Source of the DNA: Octopus vulgaris
Taxonomy: Eukaryota
DNA length: 64,000 bases
Direction of reading: 5' to 3'
Assembly (NCBI GenBank): GCA_951406725.2
Contig: OX597817.1
Location: forward strand, 110,422,001-110,486,000
In this document: positions 37,513 to 50,720 of the stretch, piece by piece
How positions within the stretch are numbered: the first letter of the stretch is position 1
Layout: each line of letters begins with the position of its first letter
The notes under the pieces: generated by a model
Databases searched by the model: none
Told to the model about the DNA's origin: nothing
The model's input: the letters and a program-made list of their open reading frames with translations, nothing else
Made by a program: the position numbers and the translations under genes

Positions 37513-37860
37513 TTACAATAAATAAGACTTTCCAGTATAACACTTGTCAGAGACTTAACAGCTGTGTACTATAGAGAGGCAGATTCTGCACACACTATCA
37601 TTACTGACATGTGTACGAGTGTGTATGCACTTACGCTTACATTTTTACAAACAAAAATATGAATTCATATACACTCTCTGTGAGTATACATATGTATGAA
37701 TACATGAGTGAAAGAGAGTGTATGTGTGTGCACATAACATGCATGTGTGAGTATGTATATATACATACACAAACATCTATGTACATGTGTATTATATATT
37801 TGTGTGTTTATGTATACATATGTATATATATATATATGTACTTTTGTGTGTACATGTATA

Positions 37861-37918
<58 letters not shown>

Positions 37919-37972
37919 AATGCATGCATGTATATCTGCATGTGTACATGCATGTACACATGCATGAGTGGG

Positions 37973-38018
<46 letters not shown>

Positions 38019-38287
38019 GATATGCATATCTAAATATATAATCTATACAGACAGACCTCATTCAGCAATATTTTTGCGATACATCATTAGAGTTTCATAG
38101 TTTTTACTAAACCAATCATCAATCTTGTGAAAGGATTCATTCACACATGTTGTCTATACCTTTTCATTATATTAACTTTTTTTTAACATATTTTTTAGTC
38201 ATTGACCACTTGTATAAAACCTGAATAATGTTTGATTCATCCCTTTCCTTCCCTACTAACCATATTTTCTCCCACCTATAAGATATA

Positions 38288-38323
<36 letters not shown>

Positions 38324-38358
38324 GCTATCCATATATATGTATATCTCCCCCTCTCTCT

Positions 38359-38398
<40 letters not shown>

Positions 38399-38451
38399 GT
38401 TTAAATATTTGTTGTGCAAGATTTTTTATGTAAAGTCGTGTGTTGAAACAG

Positions 38452-38760
38452 ATATTGTTGTATTTAGGAATGGTCATTTTGCCAGTTTAGCCAATAAAAA
38501 CACACGCACTATATATTTGGTGTTACTTTGCTTCAGTGTTATTTATTTTTTACATTTGTGTTTCTCTTTACTAACCGTCACAAATAAGTAAGAAGAAAAC
38601 AAAGGACCACTGATGCTGTCACAGGAGTGTGACGAAAGAACTCTGGCCGAAATAAGATTAAGATTAATGTAAAAAATAAATAACACTGAAGCAAAGTAAC
38701 ACCAAATATACAGTGCGTGTGTTTTTATTGGCTAAACTGGCAAAATGACCATTCCTAAAT

Positions 38761-38770
<10 letters not shown>
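38452..38770. repeat. 105-bp-arm inverted repeat enclosing a hammerhead-like motif (PLE-like)
   Basis: 38452-38556 and 38666-38770 are near-perfect reverse complements; the spacer carries an HHR-like motif. Confidence 0.85.
38604..38648 (+). ncRNA. Degenerate hammerhead ribozyme
   Basis: GGACCA-CUGAUGC-U-GUCACA(GGAG)UGUGAC-GAAAG-AA-CUC^UGGCC; perfect 6-bp helix II, A9 changed to C. Confidence 0.55.
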
Positions 38771-38815
<45 letters not shown>

Positions 38816-39108
38816 CCATAATCCATTTCAGTAGAGAATTATGTGTGCATTTTCTCATGTGAGTGTGTGTTTTTGCAATACAAGTTTAAAGCTGATAAAC
38901 TCTGAATGTTTTTCCTTGGCAGGTAGGTATGGTCATTTCAAAGAATTTTTTCACTAATATGCAGTCATTTTAAATCTGCAATTATTTGCATTTTCCTTCA
39001 TTAGTATTTTTCTGTTTATTTTGTTTACATGTATGTACATGTGTAAGTATACATACACAAACACACATATACATGTTTATGTATGCATATTATGTATTTT
39101 CATATATA

Positions 39109-40373
39109 CAGGGTGTCCTAAAATTAAGGCAAGCAAATTTTTTCTATTTTGCCAAAACAAAATGTTATATTTTGCAATGCAATGGTAAAGGAAACACAAT
39201 TATGACACTACCACATTTATTCAATATGACCACCTCTGTTTCGAATCACAACCTTAAGTCTAAGTGCAAATGCTTCACATGCTGTACACAGCTGTTCTTA
39301 GAGAATCGAAACCCATTCTTGGTACAGTTTTGCTTTCAGAGCATCTAGCAAAGCAACATCAGTGCTCTTGACCCACCCTCATCTCCAAAATGGACCAAAC
39401 AAAAAAGTCCAATGGATTTACATTGGGGCTTCTTGAGGACCATACATCCTTGCCTATGAACAGCAGAATGTTTTTCTGAATCTAGTGTTGTGAGTGTTTG
39501 GTGCTGTGGGATGGTGCTGAGTCCTGTTGGAGGCTCAAAGGTGCAACTTGAAAGCATTCATTCACCCATGGAAGCAGTTCAGCTTCCAGAATGTTGCTGA
39601 TGTATTGTTGGGTGTTAATTTTAACACCTGAGGACACAAAAATGAGGTGAGACCTTCCAGTGGCTGTCACAGCTGCCCAAACCATAACTGACTGGATTTT
39701 GATGTCCATTTATGAATCTACTCTTGACGGGGCCAAATACACTCCAAAATCGGTCATTCCGGTGGTTTACTGTCTATTCGTTGTCAAATTTCTTCTCATC
39801 GGTGAGCACTAGGTTGGGCAACATATTTTCAGCAATCTGACACAGGATAAGATGACTTCTCTCCAGTCTCATAGCCTTATAAACTTGCATGAGCTCATGA
39901 CAGCTGATCATCTTGTAGGGATGGAACCTAAGTATCTCTTTCAGCACTTGATACATCAATGTTTAGTTTACTTTTGCTGTGGCAACTAGTTTTCTGACAG
40001 AACGACAATGATTTCGCCATATCTTTTCTATGATACTTTTGATAAGCTGAGGGGTCTGCACATTTCTTTTTCGGCCATGTCCAGGTTGATCAGTGGAGGA
40101 ATCAGTTGCTTGAAATTTCTTGACAATTTTCCAGACTGTTGTTTAGTTAATTTGAAGTTTTTTTGCTGTATTACTTTCACCTCCTTTGTGGAGGGTTATG
40201 ATAGTATTTTGGTCTATAGCCATTATCTAATTTATAAATCTGAATTTTTTTAGTATGAAACAAAAACAAGATACACTAAGTTTTTTATAATGATGTATAC
40301 TTTTTCATATCTTATATTCATTTATAGTTATTAAACCCCGAAACTTAACTTGCTTTAATTTCATGACACTTTG
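39109..40373 (-). mobile_element. Tc1/mariner DD37D (maT-type) transposon relic, 1265 bp
   Basis: TA-flanked imperfect TIRs (cagggtgtcctaaaattaaggcaag / cttgctttaatttcatgacactttg). Transposase motifs LTDEKKF, VMVWAA, QQDSAPSH and SPNVNPLDF, with exactly 37 codons between the 2nd and 3rd Asp. Stops and frameshifts present. Confidence 0.9.
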
Positions 40374-43084
40374 TATATATGTGTGTGTTTCTCTTTCTCT
40401 CTCTCTTTCTTTCTCTCATATATATATATATATATATATATGTATTTGTATATATAAATGTAGGTGTGTGTTTATATGTATGTGTATAGTATGTATACGC
40501 ACACACATAAATATATGTGTATGTGTGTGTATTGCAATTTTTCAAATCAGAAATCATTGTCTGAATTTCTATCCCCATATAACAGACAATGAGGTTCCTG
40601 CTTTTTGTTCATAATTTTTACTCATTACAATCATGTTCATAATCTTTCTTTAATGACCTTTTTGAATTGATACTTGTTGACATACAGTCTCCCTTCTTAA
40701 ACAATTTTTTTAAAAAAACTGTCATATGAACTTAAACTAATATCTAAGCTATTTCTATAATTTCCTTGAATTGAAACAGTAATTTGAGTGGCTACTTTGA
40801 AACCCTAATGTTTCACTGTGGATGTTCCCAACTTTTTTCTTGTAACATCACATTTTTAGTGACTTACTTGGTATAAAATAGATTTCATAAGTAATAAATA
40901 TATTTCCAAACATACAATCATATAAGTACCTAACCCTTTTTATACCAACCTATCTAAGACCACTCCTGTTTCTATGATACAAAAACATCATTTTAAAAAA
41001 ATGTTTATACAGTATTTAGATTAAAACTTTCCATCATAATTTTATGTAAACTCATTATTTGTTTTGTTCTAAACACCAGCTAAACTCTTTAGCATTTAAA
41101 CTGGCCATACCCAGCCTAAATATTCTACTTGTTTTATGCCAGATCTGACCTCTCACACCTAGACTACAATGTCATTCTAAAAATATACAACCAAACCGTC
41201 GGAATCTCAGAGCTGTGGGATATAGCATGATTAATTTCAAACAATATGAGTAAATAAGTATTACATTTGATAGAGTAATCTGAAAGCTAAAGAGTTAATA
41301 ATGACAAAGTTATTTTATTAAATCCATCCCACCCACCAAATCTTGACATATTTTCAGAAGTAATGGTAGCTCAGTACATTTGATTTGGAATATGACCATG
41401 AAATATTGTATTCTGTACTCAACTGATGCTTTGTTCTGAAGCATATGTATCAGTATCGTTAATCACAAGTGAAATAATGACATATATATATGTTTTTCCT
41501 TTTATATCAGATTGTAGGTATACTAGGGTACCAATTTGAAAGAATTAGTCAATCAAATTGACTCCAGTACTTTTGTTTTTTAAGTCTAGTACTTATTCTA
41601 TTAGTCTTGGTTTGCCGAAACACTAAGTTATAGACACAAACAAACTCACACCATTTGTGAGTTGGTGAGACACACACATATTCATGATGGGCTTCCACAC
41701 AGTTTCCACACCATATCCACTCACAAGGCATTAAATAATCTGGAGCTATTGTAGAAGACCTCTGCCCAAGGTGCTGTGTAGTGAAGCTGAACTCAAAACC
41801 ACATGGTTGCAGAGTGAATTTCTTTGCTTCATTGCATTGCTTAAAAATCTAATACTTCTTAATTATCACTTTGACTCACTAGAAATAGCAACCAAATTTC
41901 CCTGAAATCACACTTAACATCTTGATAAAAAGAGTGACTCGTTGGATAATCTGGTTATTGACACACTGAGTAAAAGACTTGGATGGTCATAGCTGTAATG
42001 CCTTTGATCTTAGGTCTGCTCAATCAAGAACATCCTGTGATTAAACAACAGCCCATATATATTAAACTAGTGATAAAATTATTACATCCTTAACTATTCT
42101 CGTAATTTCAGTCATCCTCAAGATTTTTCAATCATTTGTATTCATCAATTGCTTTGATTTATATTTTTCATCTTTTGCATCAGTCATCACATCAATGCAA
42201 TTTTACCATTTTAATATGTTATCCATTTTACTGTTTAATACAACAACCATTCGGTTACATGCTTGAACGACAGTGTTGTTTTGGGTCAGTTTAATGAAAT
42301 CTCCATTATTTTTAACAAAATAATTTTTTTTTAGTTTCCTTTTATTTATTTTTGTAATGTTTATTTTATTTTCTCTTTTTATTCTTATTTTGTTTTTAGA
42401 TAGATAATGATGTCTTATATCTTGTTCAAAGTTGCTTTTAATGTCTTTTGTCATTCAGAACATTTATCCAGATTTAACTGCCATCCACTTCTAAACTTTA
42501 TACATTTAATTCTTATGGGATTTTAATATTTCATAAGGGTTATGCATCATCATAGAAAATGTATAACTTTGTAATAAAAATGAAAATATGCTGTAATTTT
42601 TCTTCATTAATTCTTCCATAATTTCTTTCCTCTTTCGTTTCATGGATATATGATCTTATTTTTATAAAATCATGAATGTTTAAGTGAATTAGACTGCTTA
42701 CAAAACCTGGTAGAGATAGACTGTTATTGCTATTTTTATTATTTGTGCTTCCATGTCTGACCTTCCATATTTTAAATGCTAACTGTATATTGCTTTCCAC
42801 TAAATGAAATTACCTTTAAAAATTGTTGATATTGAAACAAGAGGATCAACAAAAGACCTACTTTTGTCTCAGCAAACCCTTATTTGAAAGAAAAGCAAAA
42901 ATAAAAGAATTAATACTTTTTCTTGTGCTTTTTAACCTTTTCTTACAAGTTGTAGTGTATAAGAAGCTTATTGTTTTTCTGCCTAATAACCAAGCAAAAT
43001 TCAGTAAAATTACTAATTGATGTTTTTTAATTGAAAATCTCAAAAATTTAATTGGTTGGGATTTACTTTTAAAATAAAATATCA

Positions 43085-43237
43085 GTTAGATAATTAAATA
43101 AGTTAAGTTAATTTTTTGGCTCTAAAAGCAAAAAGCAAGGCCATGTAGGGGGACATGGAGTTATGTACAGGGAGGGTGTTCAAGAGAGACTTTGAACCGA
43201 GCGGTCGTCGGCATCTTCACTATCTCGTCCGGCAGCT
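43085..43237 (-). mobile_element. CR1/L2-like LINE 3' end
   Basis: Minus-strand KLPDEIVKMPTTARFKVSL resembles the CR1-group C-terminal motif, followed by a short 3' UTR. Confidence 0.55.
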
Positions 43238-44469
43238 TATTAGAAATAAACTTTATTTTTTGACTATCTGTTCCCCTTTTAATTCACCTATAATAATTCT
43301 TTCTGCTATATGCACAAAGCCTGAAATATTTTGTTGGATGAAGTGTGGGGATTAGTCAAGTTCATTGACCTTAGTGCTGAACTGGTACTTACTTTATTGA
43401 TCCCAAAAGGATGGAAGACAAAAGACAACCTTGGCAGTGTTTGAACACAATGTCAAAAAGAAGATATGCCACTAAGCATTTTGTCTGGCATTCTAATAAT
43501 TCTGCTAGCTTGGTGCCTTATTCAGTTATAATGGTAACTGATTTTTCTTTAATTATTCTGATGCCTCATCTAAACATTGCATATTAGATACATCAGAGTT
43601 TGTCATCTTAAAGAATTCATTAATTTTCATGAAGTTACATCCTGGTGTAAAAAGAAAAACATCTCACTGATAAGCAAATCTGCTTAAATACCAGTTATGT
43701 GTACTTCACTCCAGATTTCTTATGGAATGTTTACTTTCTTCCACTTGTATTGATTTCAAATTTTAACACAAGGCCAGCAATTTAGAAGGAAGGTCTAAGT
43801 CAATTAAATTGACTGCGATATTCAACTGGTACTTATATTATCAACCTCAAAAAGACGAAAAGCAAAGCCAACTTTGGCAGAATCTGAACTCAGAACATAA
43901 AGACGGACAAAATACCGCTAAGCATTTTTCCTGACATGTCAATGACTCTGCCCACTTGCCACCTTTACTTCCACTTATACTAATATCTATACTGTGTTTC
44001 ACTTCATATATCTTGTACTAAACGCATCTAGTCTTTAATTTCAGTGAACTTCTCTTCCCTAGCAATGTCTTCTCACCTAATACCATTATCGTACAATTCA
44101 AATTGATATAGATTTCTAGGCACTAAACAGGTAAAAAGTTAATTGTTCTAATTTCATTCAACTATCTCCCTGCCACCGTTCCATAATGGGTTCATAGGCA
44201 TTGTATTTGCTCTTCACAAATTCCAAATTCCACTTTCATGATAAGTACATTTGAAATACAAGTAAATCTATAGATTATCAAGTTGATGACTTGTATTATA
44301 TATTCTGCTGGCAATGTATTAGTACATCATAAAAGTGATGAATGTCTATATAAACTACAGCTAAGAAATAACTTTCATTCTATACACATATTACATGATA
44401 GTCCTTAAACATAAGAGTTAAAAAGTCCTGAAAATAGTTTTTACATTAAGGGGTGGAACATACAATTTC

Positions 44470-44680
44470 CTGTAAGTCAGACTGTCTCTCATGGTCCTAG
44501 CAGACAAAATGGAAAAGGCATTGCCCTGCAGGATGGCTAGGGAGATGAGCTGGAACAGCCACTCTGATTTGTTGAGCTTATATTTGCAGACAGCCACCTC
44601 CACCCCGATGGCAGGGACCAAGAATGGCAGAGGTCTCCACTGCCACAAGCTCAACCATAAACCTTTTGTATATAAAAGCT
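44470..44680 (-). mobile_element. CRE-like (RLE-type) non-LTR retrotransposon C-terminal fragment
   Basis: LVAVETSAILGP...SEWLFQLISLAILQGNAFSILS resembles the PLAVET...FQRxSxAIQRGNA motif of CRE elements. Confidence 0.55.
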
Positions 44681-46213
44681 TATAATTAGTTGCTTAATCT
44701 GCAGTTAAAAGTTCTTAAATGGGGAGATTTTTTTCAAGTGGTGGTGAATTGTGGGATAGGTCTTCTTGGCCCATTGTACTGTATTACTTAGTAGCTTCTG
44801 ATTCGGTTAAAACATGAAACTATAATTCACCAAACCATACATCAAACTTTTGATCATTTTTCTTTTACACTTTTTATATACTTTTGAAATACCTATTGTG
44901 AAAGTTAAAGTAATATGGTAAAAATATAGAGTATGTTGTATATTGAAATTTTTCCATTTTTTTAATTTGTTAAAAAAAAATTCATAAGTTTTCGGTTTTA
45001 GAGTTAGCTAAGTTATCTCCCTTAATCTTTAGTCTTCTGAATTCACACCATTTAATTTTAACACATTTTTTTCCTTTTGGTCTATTTTCAAGAGTTTTTT
45101 TTGAGAAACTTGGGTTCAATCTCTCAATAAAACTTAGTATATTAGTGGTACATTGGAATGTTGAAAGAAAATTTATTCTGGTAAAATTCAAACTTAGGAC
45201 ATGTGAGGGCTGATTTCAGTTACTGTCAACAGTCACAAATTCAAAATTTCTTAAGTCATTATATTACTAAAGCACGTTACTTTGTTTGTCTCAAATAACA
45301 ACTTTCATTTTCACAACTGATTAGTTAGAAACAGACTTCGTGTCCAACTATAAAACTCAATATCCTGACAAATCAATCAGACAACCTCTACATAGTCACT
45401 TTCAAATCACACTACCATCTTTCAAATATAGGGAAGGGCATATTATGTTATATAGTCAGAGATAAATTATGTAATGTAAATGGAATGTCTTTGACCACAG
45501 GTCTGCTTGATCAGTGATGACCTAGTGCTAAACAGCTCAATGGTGCCAACAGTATTTTACTATCATTTACATAAGGCTGATGGATTGATAGAACTATCAC
45601 AGAAAAATAGCTTTTGCTTCAACTGGTTCAAATTATTGCAAAGAGTTAGTTAAAAGCTTGAGCAAATGTTGACCATCATGCTATCCCTAAAGGAATTAGA
45701 GCAATTTTTGTGAAACAAGTTGTAGCCAGTCATACTTAAAGCACCATTGCAGAGTACAGAATGTGCTCATGTTTCAAGATTGTTATGAAATTGGGGCCAA
45801 TATTTTTAATGTAAGAGTCAAAATTGTTACAGTGACAGATAGGGACGCCTTGCAGTAATCTATTCCATGTTCATATCCCACCTCTCGTAAGAAAAGTAAA
45901 AAAAAAATTTTTAATGTTGACATTTCATTCAGGTGTTGCAATCAACAGATAATATCAGTGATGAGAAAATTAATGGGAACATGATTTCTTTGGTTTTATC
46001 AGAAGATCAATCAGATGCAATGCAATTCTGACATAACTTTGGACAAAATGTTCATGCATAAAATTATAATTGATGGTCATAATTTAAAATATGAACTTTA
46101 AAAATGATGTTTCATTTCATGGTACCAAAGCAGTCTCAAGTGAGTTGATTTCAAAAGAACTAATACAAAATGCAGACTGCTGATCATAAAATATTTGTTT
46201 CTAATTATCTCAG

Positions 46214-46273
<60 letters not shown>

Positions 46274-48589
46274 TGTTATAATTGGCTAAGGAACAAATAC
46301 AAAATGCACTGGTTGCATAACTGTTGTTATCACATATCATGGAGCTGCAAAGTAAAAGAAAAATATATTGTCAATCGAGAAGACTTATACTTGCATAATG
46401 ATGGATCTTGCTTTATAGCATAAACACTATCACAATAGTTCTTTTAACTTTAATTTCACAGCTATTGCACCTATTATTAAAATGTTTGTCAAATGTATGA
46501 CTCAAAGAGGAAACCTGCTAGAAATAGCAACCAAATCTCCATCAATCTACAAACTACTATCTTAAAAAATAGGAAGGAAGGAGACTTGGGGTAATATATT
46601 CCTAGATACCCTTAGAAAGATAGTATGGAAGCTTTTTTTAGCCATAGCTTGATTAAGGCTGATTTGAGGCTAAACATCTTGTCTTATTCAATGTCATTTG
46701 TATAGTATTAAAACAGAATCATACTCACATACACAATCATCACCATTGTCATCATCATATAACATCCTATGTTCTATGTTGGTATGGGTTTGGTGGGTCC
46801 AAGGACCCACCATGGTTTATGCAGCTGGATGCCCTCCTTAATGCCAATCACTTTACGTGCATTGGATGCCTTTTTTATACCACTAACACTTTTGATGGTA
46901 TAAAAAAAAATACCCAGCACATGCTGTAATGTAGCTGGCATTGGGAAGGGTTCAACTGATATCTCTTTAACCCTTTGATATACACTCACCTGAGATTACT
47001 GAAGTCCATGTAGTACACAGTATAAACACTCAAACATTCACTATCTTTCCAAATCCTGCGGCATTTCACATGAAATTTTTTGTCCTAAAACATCATCTTG
47101 GTATTTAAGTCAATTTACTGGTTTTTTTTTGTTTTGGTTATTAATTTTGGTCTGAAAACTTGAACTTGTGTATCAGAAAATGTGGTATATAACATTCTTA
47201 CAGAATGTAAACAGGTAAGAAAAACCAACAGTTTCTCTCCACAAACAAAGAGCAGAATTTATGATGCCTGTATGAGAAGTAGGGTATGATGCAATATGGG
47301 CAATAAAAGCCAGGTGCCTGTAGCAAACAATATGAAATATTGGTAGTGAAAATAGTCAGACTGAACAAAGGAAGGGCTGCACCTCATGACGCATTTCAAT
47401 GCTGGCAACAACTGGGAGCTGGAAGGATGTTAGACAGGAGATCTGGCTTTGATGCTTGCAATAGAATGAACTGTGATATAGGAACCAAAGAGTCAAGAAG
47501 TGATGTTAAACCTAGCAACAGCTTTAAGTCTAACATTCAAGAATATGTCTTTCAAATTTCACTCTTATGGCTACAATAACAGACACTTGCTTAATACTTA
47601 AGTTGAAAACTTGAAAACATGCATCTCCAAATTAAACAAGATTGCACATGAGACATCAATATTATGCACACATTGGTTTCAAATTTTGGCACAAAACCAG
47701 CAGTTTCAGAAGAGGAGGTTAGTTGATTCAACTGGTACTTATCTTATCAACCCTGAAAGGGTAAAAAGCAAAGTCAATCTTGGTGGAATTTGAACTCAGA
47801 ACTTGAAGAAGAACGAAATGCTGCTAAGTATTTTGTCTGGTATGGTAATGATTCTACCCGCTTGCTGCTTTATATTACGCACACATATATTGAAGCACAT
47901 GTACTCTTACTGGACATCCATCTCAAACTATGCATCACAAAATCTGCAGCACATTACTCCATATTTGCAATGAATAACCATATCAACCAAGACTGAAATC
48001 AAACAACTTTTTCTATAGATTCTATACTATATACATCCTACTACTACAATAGAAATGACAGTTAAATAATCAAATGCTTTCCAAGCAATGCACACATGAA
48101 CACACATCATAAACTTTCAATACAACAAAGCTATGGCAAATTAACAGTCATTAGAACATTGGACAGAATGCCTTGTGATATTTGTTCTGACTCTCTGAGA
48201 CCCGAGTTCAAATCTTGCCCAGGTCAACTTTGTCTATCATCCTTCCAGGATCAATAAATACCAGGCTGCAGTTTTTTTCCAACCAAGTGACTATGTAGAG
48301 GCTCCCTTGTTGGCTCAGTTTGAAAGGTTCAAAATGTGATGGCATCACATTCTGCAGAAAATACAAATCATTTATACTTTAATATGCTGACTAAGTTACC
48401 ATTTTCACTTTTATTTTTGACTATCTATTCTGCCCCTTTGTTTTAAATAATAGGGTGTAATTTGAAGGAGATTTGGCTGTTACTTCTAGCAGGTCAAGTA
48501 TCTCCATAGAGCCTTCTCTCTGAAGTGTTCAGTATAATAAATATATTTGTTTTCCTTATAATATGTTGCACACTGAGGTTAGCTTTGCA

Positions 48590-48930
48590 TTTCATCTCCT
48601 CCGAGATCCTGCAGCGCAAGTTGACCAAAATTGAGAGTATGATAGAAGAAGGCTTGCTCTTCATTCCGCTGAAAAAAAAAAACAAATCAGACCATGTTAA
48701 GACCAAAAATTATTTACATCAAAAAGTTACTTTTTTTTCTAAGAAAATCCCTATTTTTTACGATTATTTGACTGCTGTGTCGCCATTTTTCTGTGTATTT
48801 CAACCAGAAAAAAATGTTCACTTAAAGAGAATAACAAACTACATAATGCAAAATTTTTACTTTTCAAAAATTCCAATTCTAAAAGATCGAAAAGAAAACA
48901 AACCCAAGCAATGCTGGGCTATACTGCTAG
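48590..48930 (+). mobile_element. Non-autonomous Helitron, 3' part
   Basis: Ends in hairpin CCCAAGCAATGCTGGG...CTAG|T; inverted homologue of 55804-56193. Confidence 0.65.
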
Positions 48931-49494
48931 TCTATATCTAAAGAACTATGATCAGCTTTTCCTAGTACACTTCTTCCAAAATCTGTAACCTCATGCTAGT
49001 GTTAGAAATTACCTGTCTACATATATTGATATTTTAAATATTTTTGGTTACTGTCATTGTGAAAGGTTGTAAGGATATGCTAAAATATATTCTGTGATGG
49101 TGGTGTCATATTTTGTTGAAATACAAAACAATTGAAATATAATACTTGACAGCTCATTTTTATTTTATAGCTTTCTGCATTAAATTGTCTCAATATCAAC
49201 GCAATGTTACCAAAAAACTTTCATTTGGTGTAATCTGGTGTCAATGCATATATCGATGTAATCCTTTATTTACACTGCATTCTTTTAAAAGTGCATTAGC
49301 TGAAAGATTTACTTTATTTTCAAACAAAACTATCCAAGGAGGATCGATTTTGTGGATGAGCATTTCAATGGGTGAGGGGATGAAAATTAATACACCCTCA
49401 CTCCCACCCAATCACAGAGTAATGCATATATGAGTATATATATGTATATGCATATATACATAAATATATATTCATACATAAGTATATATATATG

Positions 49495-49563
<69 letters not shown>

Positions 49564-49639
49564 GCACATATATAAGTATATATTTGCACATATATAAGTA
49601 TATATATACACATATATAAGTATATATATATATATATAT

Positions 49640-49845
49640 AGTTTACTCCAAACATGAACAAAGAAAAAAAACAACGCAAGGACGTGGAACAAGTATAGTG
49701 TTATTGGACACTCAGGAAAGGAAAGAAAGAAGGAGGGTTTAACGTTTCAAGCAGAGCTCTTCGTCAGAAACATAGAAAAAGGAAAGGTCCAAGGAGGGGA
49801 AGACGGAGAAAGAAAATGGCCAGCGATACACATGCGGTCACATAT
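49640..49845 (-). mobile_element. Short PLE-like repeat with minimal hammerhead (49737-49771)
   Basis: GUUU-CUGACGA-A-GAGC(UCU)GCUU-GAAAC-GUU^AAAC; second copy at 61020-61222. Confidence 0.6.
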
Positions 49846-49889
49846 TGAACATATATATCTATAAATATATATATTTTATAATTATATAC

Positions 49890-50105
49890 ATAATTATAAC
49901 AAGGGCTTGGCTTGCGCCTCACCACGCACTGAAAAATAGACGTCAAAAGACACTATTGCCACCATAAATTCTCTGAGAAAAACACACTACATATAGGCCT
50001 ATGTGTAGTGTGTATTTCTCAGAGAATTTATGGTGGCAATAGTGTCTTTTGATGTCTATTTTTCAGTGCGTGGTGAGGCACAAGCCAAGCCCTTGTTATA
50101 ATTAT
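49890..50105. repeat. 216-bp spacerless palindrome centred on AGGCCT
   Basis: Position x pairs with 99995-x with only a few mismatches. Confidence 0.92.
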
Positions 50106-50534
50106 AAAATATTTATATTATATATCAATTTACCTACAAGGTTTTATTTTCGTGTTGACCACTTGGTAAAACTCATTTATGGTTTCACCCTTTATTATTA
50201 TTATATATAGGGATGATTAAGTTTAGCTTTAAACTCCCCATTCTTCATGTGTGCACCAAACCACATGTGTGTGCATACTTACATTTTTATGGATGCTTGT
50301 ATGTGTGAGTGTGCACATGCCATGCAACTTGTATCCATATATGCACCCATATATGTTAACGGTTATTTTTAATACTTTTCTCACTGTATTGCATGTTCAT
50401 TTATTTTTTGCATCTGTGATTTTATTTTTGATCTTCTATATAAATTAAAATATTTCTTTTGTTTTGCTGCTTTTCTTTCTACAAAATGAGAAGATACATC
50501 ACGGAACTGTTATTTGAACAAGTTGTGTCTATCT

Positions 50535-50640
50535 ATCACCTGATAAGACACATCTTCACTGTTGGATGCTCCTGAACCAGTTGTTAAGTGCCCCACCCAT
50601 GAGGGATTGATGCTAGGTGTGTTGAAACAATCGTTGTGAT
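50535..50640 (+). ncRNA. Hammerhead ribozyme with extended helix II (59-nt insert), core G8 changed to A
   Basis: AUCAC-CUGAUAA-GACACAUCU-[59 nt]-AGGUGUGUU-GAAAC-AAUC-GUU^GUGAU. Confidence 0.6.
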
Positions 50641-50688
50641 TAATAATAAAAATTCTCATATACTCCATCTTCTGTCTTTCATTTACCA

Positions 50689-50720
<32 letters not shown>

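Noticed and set aside
37611-38100. Stacked ORFs rich in [12 protein letters not shown] (also 1510-1969, 49387-49692, 56592-56840, 62050-62457)
   Set aside because: Translations of (AT)n/(GT)n microsatellites, which lack stop codons; not genes.
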